This document shows, piece by piece, positions 19,098 through 27,467 of a DNA stretch of 39,693 bases. The position numbers and the translations under genes are program-made. Every line of letters starts with the position of its first letter. Within the stretch, counting starts at the first letter, position 1. The DNA is from Planctomycetota bacterium. Lineage in GTDB: Bacteria > Planctomycetota > GCA-002687715 > DRQF01. The stretch spans positions 1-39,693 of the forward strand of contig JAJRYU010000588.1 in assembly GCA_024275615.1 (NCBI GenBank), given 5' to 3'. A model generated the notes under the pieces. That model saw only the letters and a list, made by a program, of their open reading frames with translations. It was not told the origin of the DNA and did not search any database.

Positions 19098-20537
19098 CTA
19101 TTTCTTTTCGGGGATCTTGAGAGTCATGACGCAATCGTCTGCGCTTTGTGGGTTCTTCATCAGAAGCATGACAGAAGGACGCGCTCCACTATTAGCCAAC
19201 CAGCGCTGGTCATCGAAAGGCTTGAAATGGAAACCCCTCGCCATCAAGAGTTCAGGATAGCTTGCCATGGGGACCCAGTGCTTCTCAACTCTTTCGTAGC
19301 AGGCCACACCCCCTTCTTTGGCAGGCCCCAGGAGTAATAGCTTCTGATTTCCTTCTTGGAGGAGTTTGAAAGGTGCGCGAAACCTGACCCGACGAACGTT
19401 GCGAGTCATAGAGATTTCGCAGGGAAATTCGAAACGATCGCTCCATCGAGCCGAGCGCTGAAAGCGCCCATCGTCGAGTTGGCGTCGCATCGACAAGATG
19501 ACCGGAAGAGAGCGCTTTTGCATCACCTTGACTTGAGCGATGACATTGAGTTTCGACAACTCCAAAAGGAAGAGATCTTTTCTGCCATCGCCATCGCCAT
19601 CTGCAAGCCATCGCCAAAGGACATGTCCGGTCACTCGAAAGACACTATCAGGTTCACTTCCTTTTCCTAAGGCACGCTTGCCGCTGCGGTAGATCAAGGT
19701 GGTACCGGTTCCAGGGTCAACATGAATCAAGTCGCGCTGCCCATCATCATCGAAGTCAACGCAAAGTGGCGGAATCCGGTGCTCAAACTTAACAACCTCG
19801 TTGTTGTCCGTATCTGGCGCCTTTCCCCAGATCTTTCCTTTTCCCACTGGCAATTCACGGCGGGCGTAGAATCGATTCTGGCGGAAAAGCAAATAGGGAT
19901 GACCAGCGTCCCCCACAGCCAAATCAAAAAATGGCACGGTGACACGGGCCTTTAGTCTATAGCCCAAGCCATGCCCAAGGCTCTGTTCGCTGGTAAGTCG
20001 CGCCGATTCGCTACCGCAGTCAACGACGTCGCCGTTCTTTTTTCTTTGGAAGCACCGAAGCCCCGTGAGCGTAGGGACAACCCAGTAGGTATCGTCAACA
20101 ACGCGCCAGGCAAATCGACGCCTTGTCGCCGGCATCGACAGCCGACCACGAAATAGCCCTCCACCCGCGGAAAGCCTGTTGAACTTGGTGACACTGCCGT
20201 CGCTCTTAATCGTGGCAGCCGCAACAGCACCTTTGACCTGGACGACAATCTCACCCATGGCCTTCATTCCAGCTTTGGGACTCACGTAATCCCAAAGATA
20301 GGTTTCCTCAGGGAGCACAACTCTGGCGACAATTTTCGGGATTTTGTCCCAAATCATGCAAAAGAGCACCGGCCCGTCTTGCAGGATGGCAAGTTCACCG
20401 GTGACACCAACCACATAGGCGCCGGCAATGGCATGACCCTTGGCGAGAATGGTGGGCCCCATCTTTTGAGTTTGCGCCAAGGACAGAGCAGGCATCGCCA
20501 AGAATATGGCCAAGATGAGGTTTGTAAGCCGATTCAT
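19098..20537 (-). CDS. secreted hypothetical protein with FG-GAP/VCBS-like loops
   Basis: Signal peptide MNRLTNLILAIFLAMPALSLAQ. Two clear DxDxDG loops (DFDDDGQRDLIHV, DGDGDGRKDLFLL). Stop lies 15 nt before the sulfatase-family gene start. Confidence 0.6.
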   Translation of the reverse strand: MNRLTNLILAIFLAMPALSLAQTQKMGPTILAKGHAIAGAYVVGVTGELAILQDGPVLFCMIWDKIPKIVARVVLPEETYLWDYVSPKAGMKAMGEIVVQVKGAVAAATIKSDGSVTKFNRLSAGGGLFRGRLSMPATRRRFAWRVVDDTYWVVPTLTGLRCFQRKKNGDVVDCGSESARLTSEQSLGHGLGYRLKARVTVPFFDLAVGDAGHPYLLFRQNRFYARRELPVGKGKIWGKAPDTDNNEVVKFEHRIPPLCVDFDDDGQRDLIHVDPGTGTTLIYRSGKRALGKGSEPDSVFRVTGHVLWRWLADGDGDGRKDLFLLELSKLNVIAQVKVMQKRSLPVILSMRRQLDDGRFQRSARWSDRFEFPCEISMTRNVRRVRFRAPFKLLQEGNQKLLLLGPAKEGGVACYERVEKHWVPMASYPELLMARGFHFKPFDDQRWLANSGARPSVMLLMKNPQSADDCVMTLKIPEKK

Positions 20538-20681
20538 ACGTCTCTTTCACATCGAGCGGTGGATGTTGTGATTTAGCATGAATAAGAGCCTGGGACCAGA
20601 TGAGCACCTCATCGGCATTCGAAGCCTGGAGCCTCTTTCAGATCACGACCGCAGCACCGCCGAATTTGGAAAGATACATCT

Positions 20682-22007
20682 CTACTGATAGAAAACCGAG
20701 CGCCACTTGGTGATGGCCTGTTCTTGTTCTTTCGGATCACGACGTTCGTCCCAGCCAAAAAGTTCCCCTTTCCATTCCAAGAGGAGATCAGCAAGTTCAG
20801 CTTTTTCATAAGCTTCCCCTTTTGTCATGATGCGATCCAAGAGGGCGCCATGTTTCTTCTCTGCAACGCCCATGCGCACCAAGGAGAATGCTGCCATGAG
20901 CCTGCCTCTTTTGGACTGATCCTGTGCCATAAAGGTACTCTTGATTTTTCCGACTGCCGATGTGAGCCGTCGTGCGCCTGCCGCGCGCATTGCTGCGATC
21001 ACAACGCTTTCGTCTTCATCTTGCAATAGGGCAAGCAGGGCCTGCGCCGATGGCTCGGAATGGGCCTCCCCGAGAGCTAGAGCTGCACGACTACGTACGG
21101 GAGGCGAACCATCTGTTGTGGCTAGCTTGACGATGGCAGCTTCCGCTGCCGGACTGCCAATTTTTGCCAGCACTTGAACTGCATAGGCATGTAACAACTG
21201 TCTTTGCTTGGCGTTAACAAATCCGTCACGCCAAGCACTTTCGATGTGGGCTACAGCGAGGTCTCCAAGCATGGAGAGATTGCGGCGTGCTTGTTCCATG
21301 AACAAGAATTGATGCTTGCCTAACATGGCCACGAGGAAACGAACGCGACGATCAAGGTCTGGATCGTCGCCGAGGCGGGGCAGTTTTGCCTTGGGTGTCA
21401 CCTCTTCCATGTAGCTAGTCCAGAGCTTGATAGCTTTAGCTTTGTTGGCCCAACCCGCATCTGTGTCAAACCCAAAGTCCTTGGCCGTGATTTCCTTGAG
21501 CACTCTGTTCGCCGACTCGTTGGCAAGAGCCTTACCTTCGAGTCCTTTCAGCAGAACGGGTATGCCCTTTTTGCTACCCAACCGAAACAAAGCCCGCGCG
21601 GCAAAATGGCGTACGACTTCGTGTCTGTCGAACAAGGCGGAAATAAGGTCCGGCAAGGCTTGAACTTCAGCTAAGCGTTCCAATGCCAAGATCGCTGTCC
21701 ATCTCAATTCGGCCCGGTGATCTGGACCGCCAAACGTGCTTTCCTCGGTATGGTATCCCAAGGGCGAGTCGTCCGGCGTCATGATGAAGGCTTGTTGACT
21801 GCGGTCCTTCATGACCAACAACAAAGCTTCAACGATCTCCTGATTTACCGGCCTGCGCAAGTTGTCCATGAGAGAAAGACGTGATTCCAAATCTCCATCT
21901 TCATCGGCGATTGCTTGGGCTCTTTCGTCCAGAGCCAGTTGAACGTCGGTTTTGGCGCCGTCGCCGCACGCGGCCAACCATGCCAGAAGAACCACCGCCC
22001 AGATCAT
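20682..22007 (-). CDS. HEAT-repeat lipoprotein
   Basis: Start set at ATG 22007, 10 nt after the upstream stop. This gives MIWAVVLLAWLAAC with lipobox LAAC. Repeated HEAT/PBS-lyase-like units: VVRHFAARALFRLG, PPVRSRAALALGEA, DESVVIAAMRAAG. Confidence 0.75.
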   Translation of the reverse strand: MIWAVVLLAWLAACGDGAKTDVQLALDERAQAIADEDGDLESRLSLMDNLRRPVNQEIVEALLLVMKDRSQQAFIMTPDDSPLGYHTEESTFGGPDHRAELRWTAILALERLAEVQALPDLISALFDRHEVVRHFAARALFRLGSKKGIPVLLKGLEGKALANESANRVLKEITAKDFGFDTDAGWANKAKAIKLWTSYMEEVTPKAKLPRLGDDPDLDRRVRFLVAMLGKHQFLFMEQARRNLSMLGDLAVAHIESAWRDGFVNAKQRQLLHAYAVQVLAKIGSPAAEAAIVKLATTDGSPPVRSRAALALGEAHSEPSAQALLALLQDEDESVVIAAMRAAGARRLTSAVGKIKSTFMAQDQSKRGRLMAAFSLVRMGVAEKKHGALLDRIMTKGEAYEKAELADLLLEWKGELFGWDERRDPKEQEQAITKWRSVFYQ

Positions 22008-22017
22008 GGCCTCGGAT

Positions 22018-23283
22018 CTAGAACGCAACACGTGTTTCGGCAATCTGTACGGCATCTTCATTACTCAGAAATGGTTGCAGTTTGTAGAAGAGTCGAAGTT
22101 CTAGGGTTCCTCTTCCCCAGTCTGGCACCTCAAACCACAAGAGCCTCGATTCTCCAGCGTGCAGTTGAGTTGACTCAGGATAGTACACTTTGCGGTTTGG
22201 GTTAAAATCAGGCAACAGCCGAACTTGAGAAACCGGGATTTCCGACTCGGCCCAAGACATCTGGTTCGTTAGTACGATATCGGGCTTGTCCTTGAAGGGA
22301 TTGCGATTTTCATATTCATCGCGATAGGGATTACGGAACCTTGTGAGCCGCACTTCTTCGGTGGCTTTGCCGATGCTGGGTTTGAAACGAACATAGAGAT
22401 CGACCGCTCGATGCCGCTCATCGGACGGCAAATTGTGCCCCGTCCCCGTGTTCTTCACCTCAATCAGTACGCCACGTTCAAGATTGAGCTCTTTGGCAGG
22501 CCGCCAATCGCGACCGGTAAGTTTCTCGACCGCGGCAGCCAGAGTCAGCGCATTGTCCAGACGAATCGCACGCACAATACCAGCGCTCCTTAGGATTGCC
22601 TCGTCATGCCCGCCCTTGAAGCCGTGACCTCGGTGTGTCCGGCGCGCCCCGCCAACAGTCCCTGGCCCCCCAGTGACCGGCATGTGACAATCGTTACAAT
22701 CCTTGTATTCCGCCGACCCTTTGACGGCATAGCGAGAACGTTGCCAATCCTGCTCAACTTTGTGCTGATCGTGACAGGGGCTGCACAACTTCACCTCGGC
22801 TATGGCTTTCCAAGTCACCGGGTTGCAGGGAGCATTTGCCGCTCCTGGTCCAAGATCGTTGGCCGCGATTACGACCTGTCCAGAACGATGGCAAGTGAAG
22901 CAATTCACGCCATCTTCTCTTCTGGTCTCCCGTTCCAAGGGACGTTCGCCGAATCCGACTTCCAATAGAGGTCTGGGAGCATGGCAAGGTATGCAGTCCT
23001 TATTGCGAAAGTTGTTAGAGAGCTCTTTTCGTCTTGGCTCGGGATTTAGCCAGGCGAATTCATGGTGAGAACTCTTCCATTCGTTGTAGATTGCTGGATG
23101 GCATTCTGCACACTGCTTGGAAGACTTGAGCAAAAGAGGTTTGTCCCCTTTCACTTGGGGTGGAGTCCCCCATCTCTTCCCCACGGGTGGTGCCACAGAG
23201 ACGTCTTCGTTCACTATGAATATGGCCCATACCCCAAGAGCCAAGAGTGCGCCCACTGCTATGAATCTCGTTGCCGTGTTCAT
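22018..23283 (-). CDS. membrane-anchored pentaheme c-type cytochrome (cytochrome c554-family motif)
   Basis: Five CxxCH motifs: CAECH, CIPCH, CFTCH, CSPCH, CNDCH. The first is CAECHPAIYNEWKSSHH, matching the C554-type pattern CxxCH-x6-W-x2-S-x-H. N-terminal signal anchor FIAVGALLALGVWAIFIV. ATG 23283 overlaps the ABC ATPase stop as ATGA. Confidence 0.85.
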   Translation of the reverse strand: MNTATRFIAVGALLALGVWAIFIVNEDVSVAPPVGKRWGTPPQVKGDKPLLLKSSKQCAECHPAIYNEWKSSHHEFAWLNPEPRRKELSNNFRNKDCIPCHAPRPLLEVGFGERPLERETRREDGVNCFTCHRSGQVVIAANDLGPGAANAPCNPVTWKAIAEVKLCSPCHDQHKVEQDWQRSRYAVKGSAEYKDCNDCHMPVTGGPGTVGGARRTHRGHGFKGGHDEAILRSAGIVRAIRLDNALTLAAAVEKLTGRDWRPAKELNLERGVLIEVKNTGTGHNLPSDERHRAVDLYVRFKPSIGKATEEVRLTRFRNPYRDEYENRNPFKDKPDIVLTNQMSWAESEIPVSQVRLLPDFNPNRKVYYPESTQLHAGESRLLWFEVPDWGRGTLELRLFYKLQPFLSNEDAVQIAETRVAF

Positions 23284-24317
23284 GCGCCGTTCCCCTCGAC
23301 GAACCAAGCGTTTCCTGTTGGTCGAATCGTAATCACTTCGCCTACCGTAACTGATCTTTCGCTGCGCATGACCAAACGGACTCCGCCAACATCGACAACA
23401 AGACTATAATCGCGGCCACAAAACGTCGTTCTGACAATCGTCGCCGCAATTCCGCCTGCCGCTTCTTCGATCTGATGATCACGTACGATCACAGTTGGGT
23501 TCTTGAGCTGGGTGGCGTATTCCGAAAGCCGAAAGTCACCAATGGCGGATTTCAGGCTACCCTGTTCGACGGCACCCAAAAGCACATTACAGTCACCCAA
23601 GAAGGAAGCGACGAATCTGCTGTCTGGCATGGCATAGAGCTCTTGGGGCGAAGCGACTTGCTCGATGACTCCATCCTGCATGACAGCAACACGATCCCCC
23701 AATTCCATGGCTTCTTCGCGTGAATGGGTGACGTAAATCATCGTCGTGCCGCTTTCAGACTTGATCGTGCGAAGAATTTCGCGAATCTCTAGGGAAACGC
23801 CTCGATCGAGAGACGCTAGAGGTTCGTCCAAAAGCAGAATCGCAGGGCGAGTCACCAGGGCGCGGGATAGGGCCAATCTTTGGGACTCACCGCCTGAAAG
23901 CTGGGCCGGCTTCTTCTTGGCCAGATGGTCGATGTGCAGGTCATTCAACTGCTCTCTTGCCAACCGCATGCTGGTCGCTTTGTCGTGCAGATCTTTCAGC
24001 ACAAAGAGCAAATGATTCAAGACAGTCATATTGGGCCACAATCCAAGATCCTGAAAGACGAAACCAACTCCCCGCTCCTGAGGTGGGAGGTCGACATTCT
24101 TGATGGAGGAATAGACTATGCGCTCATTGAGGACGAGTTCGCCCGCAGTTGGATTCTCTAAGCCAGCCAAACAGCGCAAGAGCGTTGTCTTACCGCAGCC
24201 TGAGGGTCCGAGAAGAGCCAGAAACTCACCTGCGTTGACGTTTAGAGAAACACCATCAACGGCGACTTGCTTGCCAAAGCGCTTGGTCAGGTTGTTTATT
24301 TGCAAAACCTGGCTCAC
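23280..24317 (-). CDS. ABC importer ATP-binding protein, FbpC/PotA-like with C-terminal TOBE-like domain
   Basis: Walker A GPSGCGKTT, signature LSGGESQRLAL, Walker B LLLDEPLASLD, H-loop VTHS, and a beta-rich tail of about 110 aa. Start set at GTG 24317, which overlaps the permease stop as GTGA. Confidence 0.9.
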   Translation of the reverse strand: MSQVLQINNLTKRFGKQVAVDGVSLNVNAGEFLALLGPSGCGKTTLLRCLAGLENPTAGELVLNERIVYSSIKNVDLPPQERGVGFVFQDLGLWPNMTVLNHLLFVLKDLHDKATSMRLAREQLNDLHIDHLAKKKPAQLSGGESQRLALSRALVTRPAILLLDEPLASLDRGVSLEIREILRTIKSESGTTMIYVTHSREEAMELGDRVAVMQDGVIEQVASPQELYAMPDSRFVASFLGDCNVLLGAVEQGSLKSAIGDFRLSEYATQLKNPTVIVRDHQIEEAAGGIAATIVRTTFCGRDYSLVVDVGGVRLVMRSERSVTVGEVITIRPTGNAWFVEGNGA

Positions 24318-26047
24318 AGGACTTCTACCTTTCGGTTGAACAACAAGGAATATATCAGAGTTGGTAGCAAGGTCACGGCCACAACCATGACACAAAGAGC
24401 GGCCACCTCGTCATCGCGTGAGTAATGAATCATGTTGAAGACACGAATCTGCACGGTTGATGCATCTGGCGGTTGAACAATGAGCCCAGCCCCCAACTCT
24501 CCCAAAGACAAGACAAATCCCAGAAGAAACGCGGCCACAACTCCGGGCAGAAGAATTGGAAGAACGATACCCCTGAATCGTGCCCATGAACTTCTGTGAA
24601 CCAAAAGACCAGCTTCGACTTGACGAGGATCAACTTGCTTCAAGACAGCGACCACACAGCGCAAACCGAAGGGCAAGAACAGGGTGAGATAGCAGAAGAA
24701 GAAAATACCCGAGCTTTGATAGATAGACTCGTCAACAAAGCTCCGCAGGAACCCTGGGACAAAGTTGAAATCGCGAAATCCGCCCCAGAATTGATTCATG
24801 GCTACGCCGACCACAATTGCAGGAAAAGCAAAGGGGAGGAGTGCCAAAATCTCGACAACAAATCCCCGTTTTCGTCCCAAACGACTGGCAAACAAGGCAA
24901 CAATCGTACTGCAAACAGCAATGATCAAAGCGCCGAATAGAGCCAACCAGAGGCTATTCTTGATATCCGGGAGAACATTGTGCCAAATTGAACGATAGGT
25001 GGCGATGCCACCGGCCTTTTCAAGCAAGGCGTAGAGCGGAACTCCGGAAGTCACCAGAACAAGCCCCCAGGCGAAGGCACCCAGCAAGAGATTCTTGGGC
25101 ATCAAGGATCGAGGCTGGGCGACAGGCCGTGAGCGATTCTGAAAAACATCGCCCCGCCCCATGACAACCACCCACAACAAGGCGAAAACCGTCAAGAGTA
25201 CTAGGGGAACACTCACGACCCCCGCCGTCGCGGCATCGATGCGGCTGGCAGAGAAGAAGATGTCGATCACGATCGTTGGCGTATCCAACAAGGCTGGGAT
25301 GGGATAGCAGCCTGCTGAGAAGATGAAAACGAAGAACGCACCAGCAAGAATATGCGGTTTTAGCAACGCCAAGAGAACACCATCCACGGATCGCCTTTGG
25401 GCCTTGGGAAACAAGAAAAGAAACCAACGCCCAAATAGAAGACAATTCCAAATGCGAAGTAACTTCCCCTTGGAACTATCTTGTCCCTTGGGGGCAAACA
25501 GGGCAGCCTCTTCAGCCCGTGGATCAAGCTTCGACAAACCAGCGGATACGATCAATGCGGCAAGGGGCCAAAACGCCGCGACCAACATCCACATCGCACC
25601 AGGAAAGAAAACGGCCGAGCCGCCGATTTCGAAAAATCCGGCGCGCACATCCAGCAAGAAGATGTCCCGCGCAGCGAGCCACTCGGTGATCAATCCCTGT
25701 TTGCCCACCACTCTCATCCAAGCGATGCCTTGAATGTGCGGCGGGATGAGGAGGGGCACGACGTAGAGAACTCGGAGCAGGCTTCGGCCGGGGAAGCGCG
25801 CACGACGCAATGCGAGTGCAAATGGAACGGCAAGAGACAGGGCGATGAATGCCGCACCTAATGCCAAAACCAAGGTCACCGCAATGCGATCAAGAATGAC
25901 ACCATCGATGACGTCCCAGCGCTCAGCAACGTCGCCCTGAAACATGGCGACGAAAAGTCCCACCATGGGCAGCAGAACAGCGGCAAGCACACCGACGGCC
26001 ATGAACGATCCAAATTTCGAAGCGAGTTTTCCTGATTGAAGGCTCAA
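24314..26047 (-). CDS. ABC importer permease, duplicated (two-domain) Fe(III)-type FbpB/FutB-like
   Basis: 577 aa and about 12 TM helices, a size typical of fused two-domain iron(III)/thiamine-class permeases. The track start is TTG 26047, 1 nt after the SBP stop. The first ATG is at 26002, so the start is uncertain. Confidence 0.85.
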   Translation of the reverse strand: MSLQSGKLASKFGSFMAVGVLAAVLLPMVGLFVAMFQGDVAERWDVIDGVILDRIAVTLVLALGAAFIALSLAVPFALALRRARFPGRSLLRVLYVVPLLIPPHIQGIAWMRVVGKQGLITEWLAARDIFLLDVRAGFFEIGGSAVFFPGAMWMLVAAFWPLAALIVSAGLSKLDPRAEEAALFAPKGQDSSKGKLLRIWNCLLFGRWFLFLFPKAQRRSVDGVLLALLKPHILAGAFFVFIFSAGCYPIPALLDTPTIVIDIFFSASRIDAATAGVVSVPLVLLTVFALLWVVVMGRGDVFQNRSRPVAQPRSLMPKNLLLGAFAWGLVLVTSGVPLYALLEKAGGIATYRSIWHNVLPDIKNSLWLALFGALIIAVCSTIVALFASRLGRKRGFVVEILALLPFAFPAIVVGVAMNQFWGGFRDFNFVPGFLRSFVDESIYQSSGIFFFCYLTLFLPFGLRCVVAVLKQVDPRQVEAGLLVHRSSWARFRGIVLPILLPGVVAAFLLGFVLSLGELGAGLIVQPPDASTVQIRVFNMIHYSRDDEVAALCVMVVAVTLLPTLIYSLLFNRKVEVL

Positions 26048-26048
26048 G

Positions 26049-27164
26049 CTAGGCAGCCGATCTCTTGGCGAGGGAAATCACAAAGCCCAACACAAGAACT
26101 GATCCAAGAATCCAAGGCCACGTTTTGCCGCCATCCTCCTTGCCATCAAAAGTCTCGTGCAAGTAGTCACCGTGCTCGGAGATGGCTGCCCCCACAGCTT
26201 CCCAATCCACTTTCATGGCTTTGATACTATCAAGGCTCAAGCCGCCTTCAGGGACCTTGACACCTGGGTGCAGTGGAATCTGCGCGGACCTGCCAAATGC
26301 AAGTTTCTCTTCGACTTCGGTGGAGAGAATGAAGTCAACAAGCTTCTTGGCATTCTCCAGATTCTTCGCCCCCTTGATAATCATGACGGAATTCGGAATG
26401 ACCAAAGTGCCACGTTCCCCTTCACCTTGATCTGGGATGATAATAGCCGTGGGATGGCCTTTTAGTTTGGAAACATTGGCGTCGTCGGTGTCCGTGTATC
26501 CCCAAGCATAACGACCGGCGCCCACGTCACGCATCACTTGGGCATTGCCCAAAGTCCAATAGATGTTGTTTTGGCGGATCGATGTCATCCACTTCTTGGT
26601 GGTGTCCGTCCCCCAAGAAGCGAAGAGGGAGCCGAAATGCGTAAGAGTTGTCCCGGCTATGGGTTTCGCCATAGCCACGTAGCCCGCCCATTTCTTGTCC
26701 GTCAGGTCATCCAGACCCTTGGGTAGGCCCATCTCTTTCAAAGTGTCAGCGGAGAACTGCTCCTTGTTGTAGATAATGACACGAGCCCGAGCAGCGAGGC
26801 CCGTCCAGAACCCGTCCTTGCTCTTGAAATTGTCAGGAATAGTGGCGGCATTAGGAGACTTGTAGGGCTGCAAGAGTCCTTTGTTCTTCAAGCGAATCGT
26901 CTGCCCGACCTCGTTGTTCCAATAAACGTCACAGCGGGGGTTGCCTTCTTCGCTGATGATCTTGTTGACCAATCCCACCGTCTTGGTGGCTTCGGTGTCG
27001 AAGGTCTTTTTGACTTTAATACCGGTCTTCACGGCGAATTCTTCCAAGAGCGACTCGGAAAATGGCTGATCTAGACTGCAATAAATGGAAACTTCGCCTT
27101 TGTCTTGAGCGCCAATTTGGCCCAAAAAGAGCAAGGAGATTGTGAAGACCAAAGTCCAGCGCAT
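26049..27164 (-). CDS. extracellular solute-binding protein, Fe(III)-type (FbpA/AfuA/FutA-like), with extra C-terminal TM helix
   Basis: Signal peptide MRWTLVFTISLLFLGQIGAQ. Family-1 SBP features: VSIYCSLDQPF, DVYWNNEVGQTIRLKNKGLLQPY. The C-terminus TWPWILGSVLVLGFVISLAKRSAA is a hydrophobic helix followed by basic residues. Confidence 0.8.
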   Translation of the reverse strand: MRWTLVFTISLLFLGQIGAQDKGEVSIYCSLDQPFSESLLEEFAVKTGIKVKKTFDTEATKTVGLVNKIISEEGNPRCDVYWNNEVGQTIRLKNKGLLQPYKSPNAATIPDNFKSKDGFWTGLAARARVIIYNKEQFSADTLKEMGLPKGLDDLTDKKWAGYVAMAKPIAGTTLTHFGSLFASWGTDTTKKWMTSIRQNNIYWTLGNAQVMRDVGAGRYAWGYTDTDDANVSKLKGHPTAIIIPDQGEGERGTLVIPNSVMIIKGAKNLENAKKLVDFILSTEVEEKLAFGRSAQIPLHPGVKVPEGGLSLDSIKAMKVDWEAVGAAISEHGDYLHETFDGKEDGGKTWPWILGSVLVLGFVISLAKRSAA

Positions 27165-27209
27165 GGGGATGCCTTTCGATAGAGATTGAGCTTTTCCAAA
27201 CTGCCCCCA

Positions 27210-27225
27210 AGCAACTAGGGAGCCA
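27210..27225 (-). promoter_or_regulatory. candidate sigma-54 (-24/-12) promoter upstream of the ABC/cytochrome operon
   Basis: The minus strand reads TGGCTC-CCTAG-TTGCT against the consensus TGGCAC-N5-TTGCW. The GG and GC dinucleotides have the required 10-nt separation. The -12 element ends about 45 nt upstream of ATG 27164. It is the only such match I found by hand in the intergenic regions I scanned: fully upstream of guaB, the interrupted lipoprotein ORF, the GntR gene, the NUDIX operon and the 20537 FG-GAP-like gene, and partly in the others. Confidence 0.3.
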
Positions 27226-27467
27226 TTGGCTGATCTTCCGCAAATGCCTTTGTGGCCGCAAGTTGAGCTATAGCCATGATCCCAAAAATGTTGATTAGTT
27301 ACGCCTGGGTAACGATTTCGGCAGAAATGCCCCGAAGCGAGTTGGTCTTAGTCCTCACGTCCCTGCTTGGCCACGAGACTCGAAAACAGTTGCGCGGCCC
27401 AAGAGCATGCCACAGTTCAGCCCTGCCACATCCAGAGGAATCCGCCGTTAGGACTTCCAACTCGGCT

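Noticed and set aside
27283-27299. An AT-rich segment AAATGTTGATTAGTTAC upstream of the iron-type ABC operon, considered as a Fur box.
   Set aside because: Only about 10 of 17 positions match the GATAATGATAATCATTATC consensus in my hand alignment. That is not above what an AT-rich spacer gives by chance.
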